DNA from: Bispira polyomma
Taxonomy: Eukaryota
Length of the DNA: 64,000 nucleotides
NCBI GenBank assembly: GCA_965649765.1
Contig: OZ287753.1
Coordinates: forward strand, 57,412,001 to 57,476,000
Reading direction: 5' to 3'
The number at the start of each line of letters is the position of its first letter. Position 1 is the first letter of the stretch. The position numbers and the translations under genes are program-made. Below the pieces are notes generated by a model. It did not search any database and was not told the DNA's origin. It saw nothing but the letters and a program-made list of their open reading frames with translations. Positions 11,731 to 24,512 of this stretch are shown here, in pieces.

Positions 11731-12030
11731 AAAATCGCCTAAATCTTGGAAAGTAGCTCTATAAAGGCCTAAATCTTGGGAGGTAGCTTAAAAATGGCCT
11801 AAATCTTGGGAGATAGCTTGAAAATTACTTAAATCTTGGAAGGTAGGTCTAAAATCGCCAAATCTTGGGAGGTAGCTTGAAAATCGCCCAAATCTTGGGA
11901 GGTAGCTTGAAAATGGCCTAAATCTTGGGATATAGCTTGAAAATTACCTAAATCTTGGAAGGTAGCTCTAAAATCGCCCAATTCTTGGGAGGTAGCTTAA
12001 AAATCGCCCAAATCTTGGGAGGTAATTTAA
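11731..12030. repeat. 30-bp minisatellite, about 10 copies
   Basis: AAATCGCCTAAATCTTGGGAGGTAGCTTGA units; an inverted partial unit lies near 12245-12275. Confidence 0.9.
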
Positions 12031-12954
12031 AATAAAGTTTTATAAGCAATTCATTTATAAGGAATTAATTTTGTATTAATGTATTCATATATGTATTATT
12101 ATATTTATTCTTCATTCAATTTGGGAATTATATAATATACAGTCTGGGAATTATTTTATTATATTTATTCTTCACAAATATTCATTTTATGACCTACCAA
12201 AATCCACCCAGAAATATAGGTGGTTTTCAAGCTCTTAAGATTTTAGAGCTACCGCCCAAGATTCAAGTGATTTTCCTGTATGAATATGAATATACCGGGT
12301 ATAAGAATAACTACAAAACACAGAAACATATGTCCAAGATATAGGAGACAAAAAACAACAGGGCGATTTTGTTCAAGATATAGGTTGCAGACAAAAACAA
12401 TAATAATTTTGACTTGCATGAATCACTACAAAACACTGGTAAATTTTTCACATTTTCGTTAATAACTTCTATACTAGTAGGCGGAATGTCACAAAATTTT
12501 TTTTTGAGGCATACACAGAGTATGCTAAATATTCTATGTGAATTTAAATGCTTAACTCTTAGCAGCTTCTGAGATTATCTTGTCGACAGGTTTTAAGGCC
12601 TTTTCCATATATATTATATACCCGTTCAAGAGATGTAATAAGGCCAGCTAACACCTACTTGTAGGTGTCACCTGTCCTAAAAATAAAGTAAAAATTATAT
12701 AAGGAGATAGTAGAAAGTGATGTTCTAAAAACTGAAAATGACATAGTGACCTGAACATACGGAGTAGTAGTAACCAGTACTTTAAACATTAGGGGTTGAC
12801 ATATCTATCCAATATGTTGTTTTGTTACTATCATGGTAAAATTACTTAGATCTAGGGGGGGGGGGGGGGGCATTCATGTTAATATAGCAAACATAATTTC
12901 CTTTTTGTATGAAAATCAATTCTTTTACTGTTCTATTTACCTACACACTGTGGA

Positions 12955-13760
12955 TTTGATTTGGATTTAGCGTCGCTTTCAAGACATTCTATAGGTCATA
13001 TCACAATGGACAGTTTTAATGCTAGAGGAAACAAATGGACATGTATATTAGTTGGTTTAGATTCTACAATAGAAACCAGCTACCATTGGCAAGTTACTTT
13101 CCCACTTAAATCCCCGACTAGATTTGAACCAGAACCTTAAGTGGTGGTTCCACATTAAAATAGATCTGCAAAATGGGCCCAATATTAGGATCAGGCGGTT
13201 GTGGCGAAAAAATCCTTATGTATTATTTTGGGCAGGAAAATAAAAGTGTGGAGCAATTTTCCTGAAAAAACTGATTGCGTTCCGTTTTGACAGGAAACCG
13301 ACCACGATCGAACTTGAAGTCTGTACTAAAACTGCCAGGCCTACCCGACCCAGGTTAGGATCGAACTTACTGGCGATAGGATCTGACGTATCGCCCTAGA
13401 ATCAAACTTACTCGAGATAGGATCTGATAGATCTACACCCCTCATCTATCACGATCGTACTTGTAATAATCAAGGTCAGGACTGCTATTGCAAAATAACT
13501 AACAAAATGGTCTTATATTCTTACGTATTAACGAGGCGATGCTGACCTTCCCGTTTTAAGAGGTCCGGAAGCTAGTCAGGGAGACTTTTTGAAAATAATA
13601 AACATGTTGATTATCCTTCCCGACCAACACGTTCGCCCCGTTTTCAGCCCCGGACCTTTACAAACTCGCCCCGAACCTCAAAATCTGAAAGGTCGGTGAC
13701 CAAATCATGGAACCACCATTCTAGAGGAGGGAGACCTCAATACGAAACTGTGAAACTGTG
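12955..13760 (-). mobile_element. Old SINE interrupted by a Harbinger MITE
   Basis: TTTAGCGTCGCTTTCAA..GGTCATAT..GAGGAAAC..AGAAACCAGC..CTTTCCCAC..GATTTGAAC resembles the 4692 SINE family. Confidence 0.55.
13140..13720. mobile_element. PIF/Harbinger deletion derivative (same family as 31590-34456)
   Basis: Ends AGTGGTGGTTCCA / TGGAACCACCATT; TTA and CTA flanks; internal GATAGGATCTGACGTA and GATCGAACTT motifs. Confidence 0.8.
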
Positions 13761-14118
13761 TCAATCTAAGCTAACATTATACAAGTGATTAACAAGTCCA
13801 CTCTCTTTAAACAAGCCTATTAGTGTACAATGTCATTACTGTCCCTGCCTCAGGACCCATTGAATTACTTGCTCTTTATACATGATTAAAGTATTCATGA
13901 GAACATAAAAACAAAAAAAGTTACAGTTTGATAATTAGTTAGTTATAGTTAGTTATAACTGGTTTAAACAATTAAAAAAAAATTTTCTGGACAAATAAAT
14001 ACCAGAATTTTCTATCAAACTCTTTCTGATCGAATATAAGTGAAAATCTTGCGATAGACTGTATGACATATGCGGTTATATTTTAATACTTGGCACTGAA
14101 TTCCATGCACATTCCATA

Positions 14119-14542
14119 CACGGGATCACAGTTCCGCGGCCATCTTGAACCTCGTTTTCATTTGCGAGTAAACAAACCAGCGAAAATGGCGGGTGGATGT
14201 TACGGCTATCATGTTAAAAGAATCGTATTTCTCGGTTATTCTTACATAGAAGTTCGCCAAATTTTTAGAAAAATGTACAAAAGAATTAGTTCTTTGTAAA
14301 AATTATAACTTTAATGATAAAGGACAAGATTTCCATTTAACTTTTGTGAAAATAGCACATTTTCGCCCATGATAATACAAGATACACAAACTTTTCAAAT
14401 ACTTATTACTCAGTAACTACAGCTGCTGCAAATCTGAAACTTACATGCTGTAAAGATAAATTATTGTGTGTTCTGTCTGTTTTATTTGAATAAAATTCAT
14501 GAAATATTAACGAATATTTTGGTTGTTGAAATATGCACAATT

Positions 14543-14573
<31 letters not shown>

Positions 14574-16274
14574 GGGGCTTGTTGATTGGAGGGGTTTTCC
14601 TTCATTGACCAAATGAATTTTGTATCATTTACATTACAAAATAATATTATTTCAACATTTCTAGATTAAAATACAGCTCCAATTTTAACTGTTTCCAAGA
14701 CCGAGTGACAGAGAACTCAGTCTACCAAGAACATCAATTTTTAATGGGAAATAAAAACATTGTCAAAACTCACGAATTTACTACAATAAATTATTACTCC
14801 ATGTATTTTTATTCATTAAAAGACCATATAGATCCATTTACTTCAAAATAAAACGGAAATAGACTTATCAGAGTTCACCTTTAAAGGGGTTTGACAGGTG
14901 GTTTGCAGAATATATTAAAACAGAAGTTCCATGCAAGTCATAAATGAAAAGAAAGTAATCTACATTTTTATACTCGGTCATCAGAAGTCAACAGCATGAT
15001 GTGAAATACCAGCAGCAGTAACTGTCACTCTTCTACCTAAAGAGAAATGCTTGAGGATGACTATTGATCCCAATATTCTTTGACCTGCCTCTGGGATAAG
15101 ACCAAATAAAGTGGACCACTATTTTCACTTGCCATCCAATGTACATGTCTGTATCTGGTCTTCTGCATTTATTTTTCATTTTAAGGGCCACTTCTGATAA
15201 ATTTGGACAACAAAAATTTGGAATTAGTGTTCTGAAATGCTAATAGTTATAATTGTATTTTTTCTTACCATACAAGAAAGTTGGAATTAATTAACAAACA
15301 TGTCTATTCAAATTCATTTTAAAACGGCGATTTATCAAAATTTCTATGGTACGATAAAATCTTTACTAATAATTCCTTTTTCTACAGCATATAAAATTTT
15401 AGAATTACATGCAGGTTGCCGACAAATTGACTCGCAGACAACAACTCACCGACAAAACTTGCTGAAATATTTAATGATATATAATTATAATAAAATATAT
15501 AACTATGAACAATCAACCACGAAACTATAAATTAATATTTTAATAAATGTCATCACCCTTTAATGAATTTTGTGGGACTTAACTCTAGATACTGAGATAA
15601 GATTTTTTTATGTATTAAATTAGCTATTAAAATCATCTTAAAAAGATGGTGATATATCAATATTTATATGGTAAATAATATTATTATTTTATCTTTATAT
15701 TAAATATTTTATTACATTTATTACTTATTCAGCAGCCCAAATAATACCCTGACATACAAATTTTTTATTCTTGCTAAGTTACCAGTTACTAGAGTATAAT
15801 TCCAGTTGCTGGGTTTTGCACACCAATAAAAACACCAAAAGCCGATTATTTATTTACTCAGTAATCACTTAAGATAAAAAATAAATGAAACTATGGTGAG
15901 AAAGCTTATTTTATTGTGATTACTGTGCTTTTTGTTTCATTAAAATCTGTAAAAAAACAACGAAGATATTCAAGTTTAAAAATGGATGATCTGAATACCA
16001 AAAATCGGCTTATTTAGGTGGGCAAAATTAGAGAAGAGATTTGCAAATGTACTATTTCACACAGCGTCATCTTATTTTAAATAAAGGAATTCGTAGAATA
16101 TATACTGAAGCACAATTTAGTACTATAGATGCAACTTCATTGTGATTAATAAAGGAATAATTTAAGTTATTTCATTTTCGTAACACCGCCATTCTTTGAA
16201 GTTTGAAAGGTTCGTTTACGCGCCAACGGAAACTATGGTCATGCGCGTGCGCCCTTCGGAACTGTGATCCCGTG
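14119..16274. mobile_element. Non-autonomous TIR DNA transposon (CAC..GTG ends, TA flanks; EnSpm/CACTA-like or Tc1/mariner-like)
   Basis: Perfect 18-bp TIR CACGGGATCACAGTTCCG at both ends, each flanked by TA; no recognisable transposase. Confidence 0.75.
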
Positions 16275-18164
16275 TATTCAGCTAAAGTAAAGGTGTAACA
16301 TCCATTTAACCTTGAACTTTGCCAAAGTTACTTGTTTATTTATTTGAGATTTACGTTGTTTTCAACAGTTTTGGTCATATTGCGAAGACCAGGTTTAACC
16401 AAGGAGGAAACCAGTGCTGATGCACCACGACCTATGGCGAGTACCTGAACAACGAACATTAAAAGGGAATCTGCAGAATTTGACAGTCCAGTGATTTAAA
16501 AAGCAGATTTGATTTCATCATTTTAATTTATTGTAGGAAATTATGTTTCAGTTAAAATTTTAAAATTTAAATCACCATTAGAACAATTTTTGGATTTTAT
16601 ATCTCCACTGTTCCAAGGTAATCTTTTTCTTATATCAGTGTGATACAGTAGTTTCTTTAATTCTCATTTAAACAACTATGTTATGAAAATAACATATTGT
16701 AAATATGATCGACTAGCTGAAAGTAAGCTGAACTATTTTCACCAAATTTAGTATACGTTCAAGGCATAATTATGTGTGGATTTAAGTTTTATATGAAACT
16801 CAAACAATTCAAGTATTGTAATTCCTTTATTTGTATGTGCCTTAACTAAAGTTGATGCAGAGTCCTAATTTAACATTGTTTTCAAGCTAGCAATAGTTTT
16901 TGTTGGATTTACTTATACAAGAGACATTACAATCTACAAATGTCTTACTTCTTGGGTAACTTTATATTATAGTATTTGACAGATGGTTTCTCAAAAAAAT
17001 TTATATATTTGTAATTTACAATTATGAGGGTACAGTTGTGCAATGTCTTTGTCCAACCTCAGTCTGACCTTTAAACTCAGGGGAAATTACCTTGACTGTA
17101 ACATTTTAGGGCAAAGTAATTTATCCAAGATCAAAGGTCAGAATGAGGTAATTATTGGAGACTTTTTTGATTTTGACTATTACTATGAGCCTATGTCTCA
17201 GTTTTTTTTATACTATTAATCTTTAAATATCAAGTTTATTTATGTTTAGTTTAATTTTTATACTTCTACATTTGGGAATCCTAATGACAACAAATTGGTA
17301 CATTTGTTTGGCCAGTACAAGACTGTACATCCTGTATACATACTAGGATCTAGGGTAGTTTCTCGTATTTTCAAACTGTAATGTAGATGTTAAAATAGGT
17401 TCTGAGCCACGAATAACCTGGGACAGACGCATGGATGGAGGTTAATTGTTACATCTCTTGCTGGAGGGCAATAACTAGCTGGTTCTAGGGATATTTAAAT
17501 ACTAACCTACAAAGTGCAGTCACATTGTGTGTGTGTACTTCATATAAACATTTTGTGCCATACACAAAATGCCACATGATTATCAGAGTTGTTATCAGTG
17601 AGCCTTTCACACAACATATAAACTCTGGGACCCTCACTTGTATTTGTATTAATATATACCATCATCTTGTATTCAGAGGACTAATTAGGCCTTTCCTGAG
17701 TGTAACAACGTCAAATGCATCAGTTACCATCATTCCCCTAACTGAAGAAAGAGAGAGTTGAGGGTGACACCTTTTTTCAAGGTCTCTAAGGACCTTAAGC
17801 CTACCACTGGGGATAGGACCCAGTGACAGAGGACACCGCCATTTTAAGGTGGTCCCCACTTTATAACAGGAATGTACAACTGCCCCCCCCCCCCACCCTC
17901 CCCAACACAGGGGTAAACACCAAAGATCAGTAAAACCTTACCCCTCAATATCCATCAATAAATATTAAATATTTCCAAAAAATCAAAATATACTTATCTT
18001 TACATTTTAAAATAAATTTAATCAAAGTAAAATAAAAACGTTTTTTTTACATTAGCTAACAACAAAATAACATGCACTTTAGGCTAACATCACTGTTACG
18101 TTTACAATTATAGCTAACTTTACAATTTCAAATTATTCACAAAAAACAACACACATTTCAATAC

Positions 18165-19095
18165 ATATTTAGGCTAACAGTACAACACATTACAACTACA
18201 TTTTAAGGCTAACAATACAACAGACTACAACTACACATTGAGGCTAATAGTACAACACAATACAATTACACATTGAGGCTAACAGTACAACACAATACAA
18301 TTACACATTCAGGCGTACTGTACAACACAATGCAATTACACATTGAGGCTAATAGTACAACACAATGCAATTACAAATTCAGGCTAACAGTACAACACAA
18401 TACAATTACACATTCAAGCTAACAGTACAACACAGTAAAATTACACACTTAGGCTAATAATACAACACAATACAATTACACATTCAGGCTAACAATACAA
18501 TTAAATACAGTTACACATTCAGGCTAGCAGTACAGCACACTACGACTACACATTCAGGGTAACAGTACAACACAATATAATAACACATTTAGGCTAACAG
18601 TACAACACAATAAAATTACACATTCAGGCTAACAATACAACACAATACAATTACACATTCAGGCTAACAGTACAACAAAATACAATAACACATTCAGGCT
18701 TACTGTACAACACAATACAATTACACATTAAGGCTAACAGTACAACAAATTACAATTACACATTCAAGCTAACAGTACAACAAAATACAATTACACATTC
18801 ATGATAACAGTACAACACAATTCAATTACACATTTAAGCTTACTGTACAACACTCTACAATTACACATTCAGGCTAACAATAAAACACATTACAATTACA
18901 AATTTAGGCTAACAGTACAACACAATACATTTACACATTCAAGCTAACAATACAGCACAATACAATTACACATTCTAGCTAACAGTACAGCACAATACAA
19001 TTACACATTCAGGCTAACAGTACAACAAATTACAATTACACATTCAGGCTAACAGTACAACACAATACAATTACATATATAGGCTAACGATAAAC
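18165..19095. repeat. 35-bp satellite, about 26 copies
   Basis: CATTCAGGCTAACAGTACAACACAATACAATTACA (e.g. 18481, 18516, 18551). Confidence 0.95.
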
Positions 19096-19104
19096 CACAA
19101 ACTT

Positions 19105-19734
19105 GTGGGAGCAAAACTAAGGGTAAGAAAGGGACTTTTAAGTTTGGACACCTTGCATTTCACTTTGAAAGCGGGGTCAAAGGTGAAGTTTGATAACATC
19201 AAAATATTTGCAGCCCATGGTTTTCTTTAGGTTGGAATGTGATATTGCAAACCTGTCGGAGCAATAAAAAAGAGATAAGGTCAGTTTAAGTTTTGTTTGA
19301 CCAAAAATCAGCGAGATATAGGCACTTTTAAGTTTGGCCATCTCTGTTTAACCTTAAAGAAGAGGCCAAAGGTCAGATATGAACACAGCAAAAGATTCCC
19401 ACACTATTATTTCCTATAGCTTGTTTTCACACCCTAAACCTGTTTGACCAATAATAAGCAGGATGTAGGCAATTTAAGTTTGGCCATCCCTGTTTGACCT
19501 TGAAGGAGAGAACCAAGATCAAATGTGAGCACATCAAAAGATTCCTTGTCACATCAAAAAATTCTCAGTATATGATTTCCCATAGGTTACTGTCACATGC
19601 ACAACCTGTTTGACCAAAAATGAGCGAAATATAGGCATTTATTGGTAATGTTAAAATGTCTACACACACTGATGCGGCGGCGGCGTAGCGAAGTCTAATC
19701 CAATTTATACACCAGAGTTTTTCGGTGAATACAA
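19105..19734 (+). mobile_element. HINE/Helentron-associated-like element with about 146-bp core repeats
   Basis: GACCTTGAAGGAG..AAGGTCA core repeats, (GCG)n microsatellite, terminal imperfect palindrome then AAT; same family as 43976-44971. Confidence 0.65.
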
Positions 19735-20229
19735 TTACTGGTTCTGATTACTACAACAAAACAGCCTTCTAAGGCCATGGCGCATACGCCTGATCAGGCG
19801 TCTTGCCCGGGATTTCTTTCTTTGAGGTGAACTCAATAGAATTCCTTCCTCCAGCACCTCAATGATGTCATCAGTGGACTGGATGGAATTTGAAAATTGA
19901 AAAGCTATAGCTGGCATCTCTGCGGCTTTATTATTATTCTGTTCAATTCTGACATCATCCGATGTCTTTTGGTTTATCTCCACCACCACCTCCTCCTGGG
20001 GCTCCTGTGTATATGGGTGACTTACTACCACCTGGTCTGTTATATCATCAATTGTATCAATAATAAGCCCATCAATAAATTGATTAATGCCAGGACCCCA
20101 GTTACCCTTAAGTGGTGGAGGAATGTGCTCGGGGTTATTCAATATATCTTTGGCTGTTTCATGGATGATTCGATCAATAAATCCACTGAGGGATTCCTGT
20201 TGCTCTGGAAGGAAGACTACAAAGTTCAT
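19735..20229 (-). CDS. Orphan 164-aa protein, acidic body with basic amphipathic and CC C-terminus
   Basis: Uninterrupted ORF in AT-rich DNA; upstream 92-nt intron 20330..20239 with AG|GTAAGT donor and ttttcatctcatgttag acceptor 9 nt before the ATG. Confidence 0.6.
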   Translation of the reverse strand: MNFVVFLPEQQESLSGFIDRIIHETAKDILNNPEHIPPPLKGNWGPGINQFIDGLIIDTIDDITDQVVVSHPYTQEPQEEVVVEINQKTSDDVRIEQNNNKAAEMPAIAFQFSNSIQSTDDIIEVLEEGILLSSPQRKKSRARRLIRRMRHGLRRLFCCSNQNQ

Positions 20230-20553
20230 ATCATTATACTAACATGAGATGAAAAACATTACATTTGTTAAGTGTACCAAAATGTTATACATAAATACTT
20301 CCCATTATAGCAAAGTTTACACAAACTTACCTTTATCTATTCAGTTTATTATAATAGAAAAACAATATTAACTTGGAAGTGATATCACTGAATGACTTAA
20401 AAGAAAAATGTTCATCCCTAAGCCAGGTAGGATAACGGATGAATTACTAATAATGTGTTTCCAATTTTGAATAGTTTTTTTTGCTATTTAATTCACAAAG
20501 AATCATGGGATTCTAGTTGATATAGACATTTTAAATATTTCAATTGTTTTACT

Positions 20554-21570
20554 TTATTTGGGAGAGCTAAAATAAACACCAACTGCCTCCTGATTAAGTT
20601 CACTGAAATTAATACATCTGCTACTCTCTGAGTATGAGACATTATTAACATTTGGGGATTTTATTGAATAAAGAGGGAAGGGACTCTTAAAGGTAGGACT
20701 GACTACAAGGGGAGAAATTAGGGAGGGTAGAAAGACTGAAAAAGACAAACCTTTGTGAAACTCGTTGGAACTGGCTGGCCTTGTATTAAGAAAATTTCCA
20801 TCGCCTTAGGCATCAACTAATTAAAAAAGTCTGGGTAAAATCCCATCAAGATCAAGGACACCCATGCCTGATACCTTTGGCTCTTTAAACATCCTGATAA
20901 GGGTTATGGGGTCTGGATCTAAAGAGCTTTTTGAAATTTGGAAGATTCTGGGTAGAACTCCCTCTTTAAAATCATAAAGAGTTTCCTGCTTTAATATCCG
21001 AAACAGTGTTCGGATATAATTTACAGCATCATTCTTTTCAAAAGTTAATTTTGTCCATGGAATATCTGTAAGAAGAAATGGTAGGGTTATCTAAAGTGGT
21101 AGAAATGAAATCGCATCTAGTGTCAAAAGGTATTTGGTGTTAATATTGTGATCAAATGTTTTGAAAGTGACTGAAACCCAAAATAAACATAGCATAAAAG
21201 AATCAATTTCAATGATTACAAGTTGTATTAAACTAAGACAATTTACATAGTACTTTTGAATGTGCAGAGTATAAAATAATATAATCATTTATGCATGTAA
21301 ATGTTTGTAATATTCTAAATTTGCATATAGTTTAGCAAAATACAATTCTCCGCTAAAGGTTATAAACTTCTTGAAGTTAAACACAAATAGGCAGAATAAA
21401 TAGTTTGCTTTGTCTGTAGTATTATTATTTGGACGGATGACATCAAATTGCTTTCATACCTGTTCATACACAAAGAAATGTACTTTGGTCAGGTACTATG
21501 AAAAATTAGTCAGAGGTAGCTTTTATAGACAATTTATACATAACAAAATAAGAATGCTAGGGGGGGTGGG
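20554..21570 (-). pseudogene. Decayed long reading frame of unknown origin
   Basis: ORFs 21091..21288 and 20554..20748 share one frame that runs about 340 codons with about 7 internal stops. Confidence 0.3.
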
Positions 21571-22340
21571 GTGTATGTTAACTGAACACTCACTAATCTG
21601 CTCACAACTAGCATTCCCTGGACAGCCATGGCGATTGAAGTCAAACCCTTCTTTCCAAGCTGGACAGCTCTGTTTTTGAAAGCAGGACCTTCCCAAAACA
21701 TCCCATTCTTGGTATCATGGTGTGCATTTGTATCAGAAATATTTGGGCATGTTGTTACCCATTTGTATCCATCCATGTTGTTTGTTGCATGATGCATTGC
21801 TGCCATAAAATAGTCTAAAAAAACACAACACATAGTACAGCACAGATCTCCATTGGGTACAAAATAGCATGTCGAGAAGTAAATGACAAAAACACCCACA
21901 GTAATCATATTAACAATCACTCAGCACCACAACGTTTATTTTTTTGCTATTTTCTACACGAAAGTCCCCCCCTGTTCCAAAATTTTATCACAATCAGTTA
22001 TTTTTTTCAATAGTCTTGCTGATATACAAACCAACAATAGAGGGCATCAACCAAATATTGCTGTTATTTACAGAGGGCCTCAGTGGTATAGATGTAAATT
22101 AAGAGCTGTTGAAGACTTTCGTCCACTAATAAAAAACTACAGATTGTCAAGTAGGCGTTGAAAGCAATATTAAACCCAACCCTATTCTCTATGTATTGTC
22201 TGCAAATAATGACAGGCCAAGCAAGCTCTTTGCTTTTCATCTATACTGTGGGTCTTTGAACAGCATTTTTTTTTATATTTTCACATATATTGTAAACAAC
22301 AGAAATAACTTGTCTTTGCTGTAAATTTATAAAGAGTCTT

Positions 22341-22420
22341 GCCACTGCTGGGTTTCGATCCTGGGTTGTCACGGATCATGATATTAATAGTCCAGTTCAC
22401 TAGCAGTTGAGCTAAAGGGG
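22341..22420 (-). other. Degenerate tRNA-like sequence (SINE head or pseudo-tRNA)
   Basis: CCCCTTTAGCTCAACTGCTAG..GGATCGAAACCC: A- and B-box-like motifs but poor cloverleaf. Confidence 0.45.
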
Positions 22421-22712
22421 ATACCCCTGCAGTGTAAGTGTTTAATGCTTTGATATACACGGATATCACAATATTATTTCCCCCCAGGATAATAGAGTCG
22501 TTGATGGAGTTGTTTATATATTTTAAAATTGTTGGCTAATTACTAAAAAATCACCACATTTTTGCCATATATATTGTCTTCTTGCTATATATGTGATCTT
22601 TGCTTGGATATGGATGTTATGTGTTGGAGATTATTATTTTTTTTACAGCAATAGAGGTATTCCTGTTGCAATGTACTGACTTTACAATCGATAAATAGTT
22701 CATATCTATGTA

Positions 22713-23404
22713 CAGTAAATATGCAAAAAATTTTATCAGTAAATACGCATCATTCCTAAAAGTTTCAGTAAATACGCATATTTACTGGTTTTTGGCCTCC
22801 ATTATTTCACAAGTTTACTGGTGATAGTTTCAGTTATCATGTGAAAATTTCATTCAAGTGTTTCACTTACATTTAAAGATATATATCAATTTTGGTAAAT
22901 TCATCAGTCTTTCTCTTGCATATAATGTACATGTGATATCTCTGTCTTTAGTTAGGTCACTTTTAAGCACACTACTACATCACATGTATTTTGCATGTAT
23001 ATTTTTGCCTATTTACACAAGTATAGTAATTTTTTTTTAAATTTAAAATTAAATTATTCTAAAACAACTATTTTAAATTAGTTTTTAATTAAATGAGGAC
23101 TAAAGGTTGTAAAGTACTTTTTGTAAAACTTTCTCTTGGTAAACAGTAACTGTGGCTTCTACAACATCAAAATATCATCAAAGACTCAATTACATGTGTG
23201 TCAAGACTACACTACCTTTGAATTTAGTATAATAACTAGATTAAAAGTACCCTTTAGAAACACTTCTTTTGATGGCACTAAAACTGTGAAATTTGGCTTC
23301 TTCCGGGCTAAATCTAATGAATAACTCACAATTGCCTATATTAGATGCTCGTGTTTTAAATACAATTAGAGGTATGCATATTTACTGATTTAGCATATTA
23401 ACTG
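22713..23404. mobile_element. Tc1/mariner-pogo-type MITE
   Basis: TA|CAGTAAATATGC ... GCATATTAACTG|TA; repeated CAGTAAATA(C/T)GCA subterminal motifs. Confidence 0.7.
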
Positions 23405-23615
23405 TAACATATATATATTGGCCCAACATCATGGGCACAGATTCTGAATCTCACCTGCACAAATATTTATTGTTGAACTCACCCAATTCCTTTGAGCTAC
23501 CACAAGTTCTCAAAGACGAGGACTTGCAGTTCTCAAATTTACAAGCGACAATGATTGTCATGTCATTGAGGGTCTCTGAAAGTGGCCATATAACAACACA
23601 TCTATGTGTACTCAA

Positions 23616-24135
23616 ATAGTAATAATTATAGTAGTAATAGAGAAATGGCAATGTAAAACCAGCCAAATGGTGCCTGGCATCTTTTAAAAGGCCAACATCA
23701 TTGACAGTAAGGCAACAAGATGTGGTCCTAATAAGGGCTGTGATTGAGCAAAAAGACGTGCTGGATAAAATACTGTGCAAGGTAGGCGGCGTAAAGAGGA
23801 TGGGGTACAGGACAGAAGCTAAGGTGGGTAGGCAAGGTTAAAAAGATAAGTTTTGAGCTTTATCTAAAACCAAAAAGTGTATCTACTAATTTGCGGTCCA
23901 CTGGGAGACTGTTTCATAATAAGGAAGCAGCTGCAATAGAGAAAGCTCTAGATTTGCCTACCTCATGGAATTAACTGAAGAAACTGAGAGTCTATCTTCT
24001 CTCTTTAGGTTACTGAAAGAGAGAAGGGAGGCGAGGTAGGAAGGCTCTTGAGTGACTACAGCTTTGAAAGTGGTAACGTGAATTTTGAACAAAATTCAAG
24101 AGTGAATAGGACCAGGGTAGTTTTTAGAGGTAAGG
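23616..24135 (-). mobile_element. 3' fragment of an L2/CR1-group LINE
   Basis: ILFKIHVTTFKA..PSYLASLL..RAFSIAAA..NSLP..KLKTYLFNLAYPP* followed by a (TAC/TAT)n-like tail. Confidence 0.8.
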
Positions 24136-24512
24136 AGTGGCGAAGTGACGTCTGTGCCACAGCCAAGGCGAAAAATCACCCTGTATATGTGTCAGTCATA
24201 ACACACACACATCTCACCTCTGCTGTCGAGGGTTTGTATGTAACACTATAGGAAAAAATAGAAAATCATGTTAAACCCAAACTAAATTCTGCAAGTGTAA
24301 AAGTCCAACTACATTGATTATCTACCCATGTGACTAAGTAGGTAGCAAGCTTATTTAATAACCCAGGTACCTGGGCTGAAACCCTGGTACAGACAAATAC
24401 ATAGAATTTAGTGTAATATATACATTTTATAATGTATATAATTTTATATACAATTCAACAATTTAGCAATGTAGTAATAGTCCCTCTAACCCTTTGACCA
24501 CTAGGTTGTTGG

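Noticed and set aside
14541-14577. Poly-T/poly-G run giving a PPPPKKKK ORF (also G/C runs at 12854 and 56009)
   Set aside because: Homopolymer tracts, no coding evidence
18165-19095. CRISPR-like periodicity (35 bp)
   Set aside because: Contiguous units without unique spacers, eukaryotic context, no cas genes
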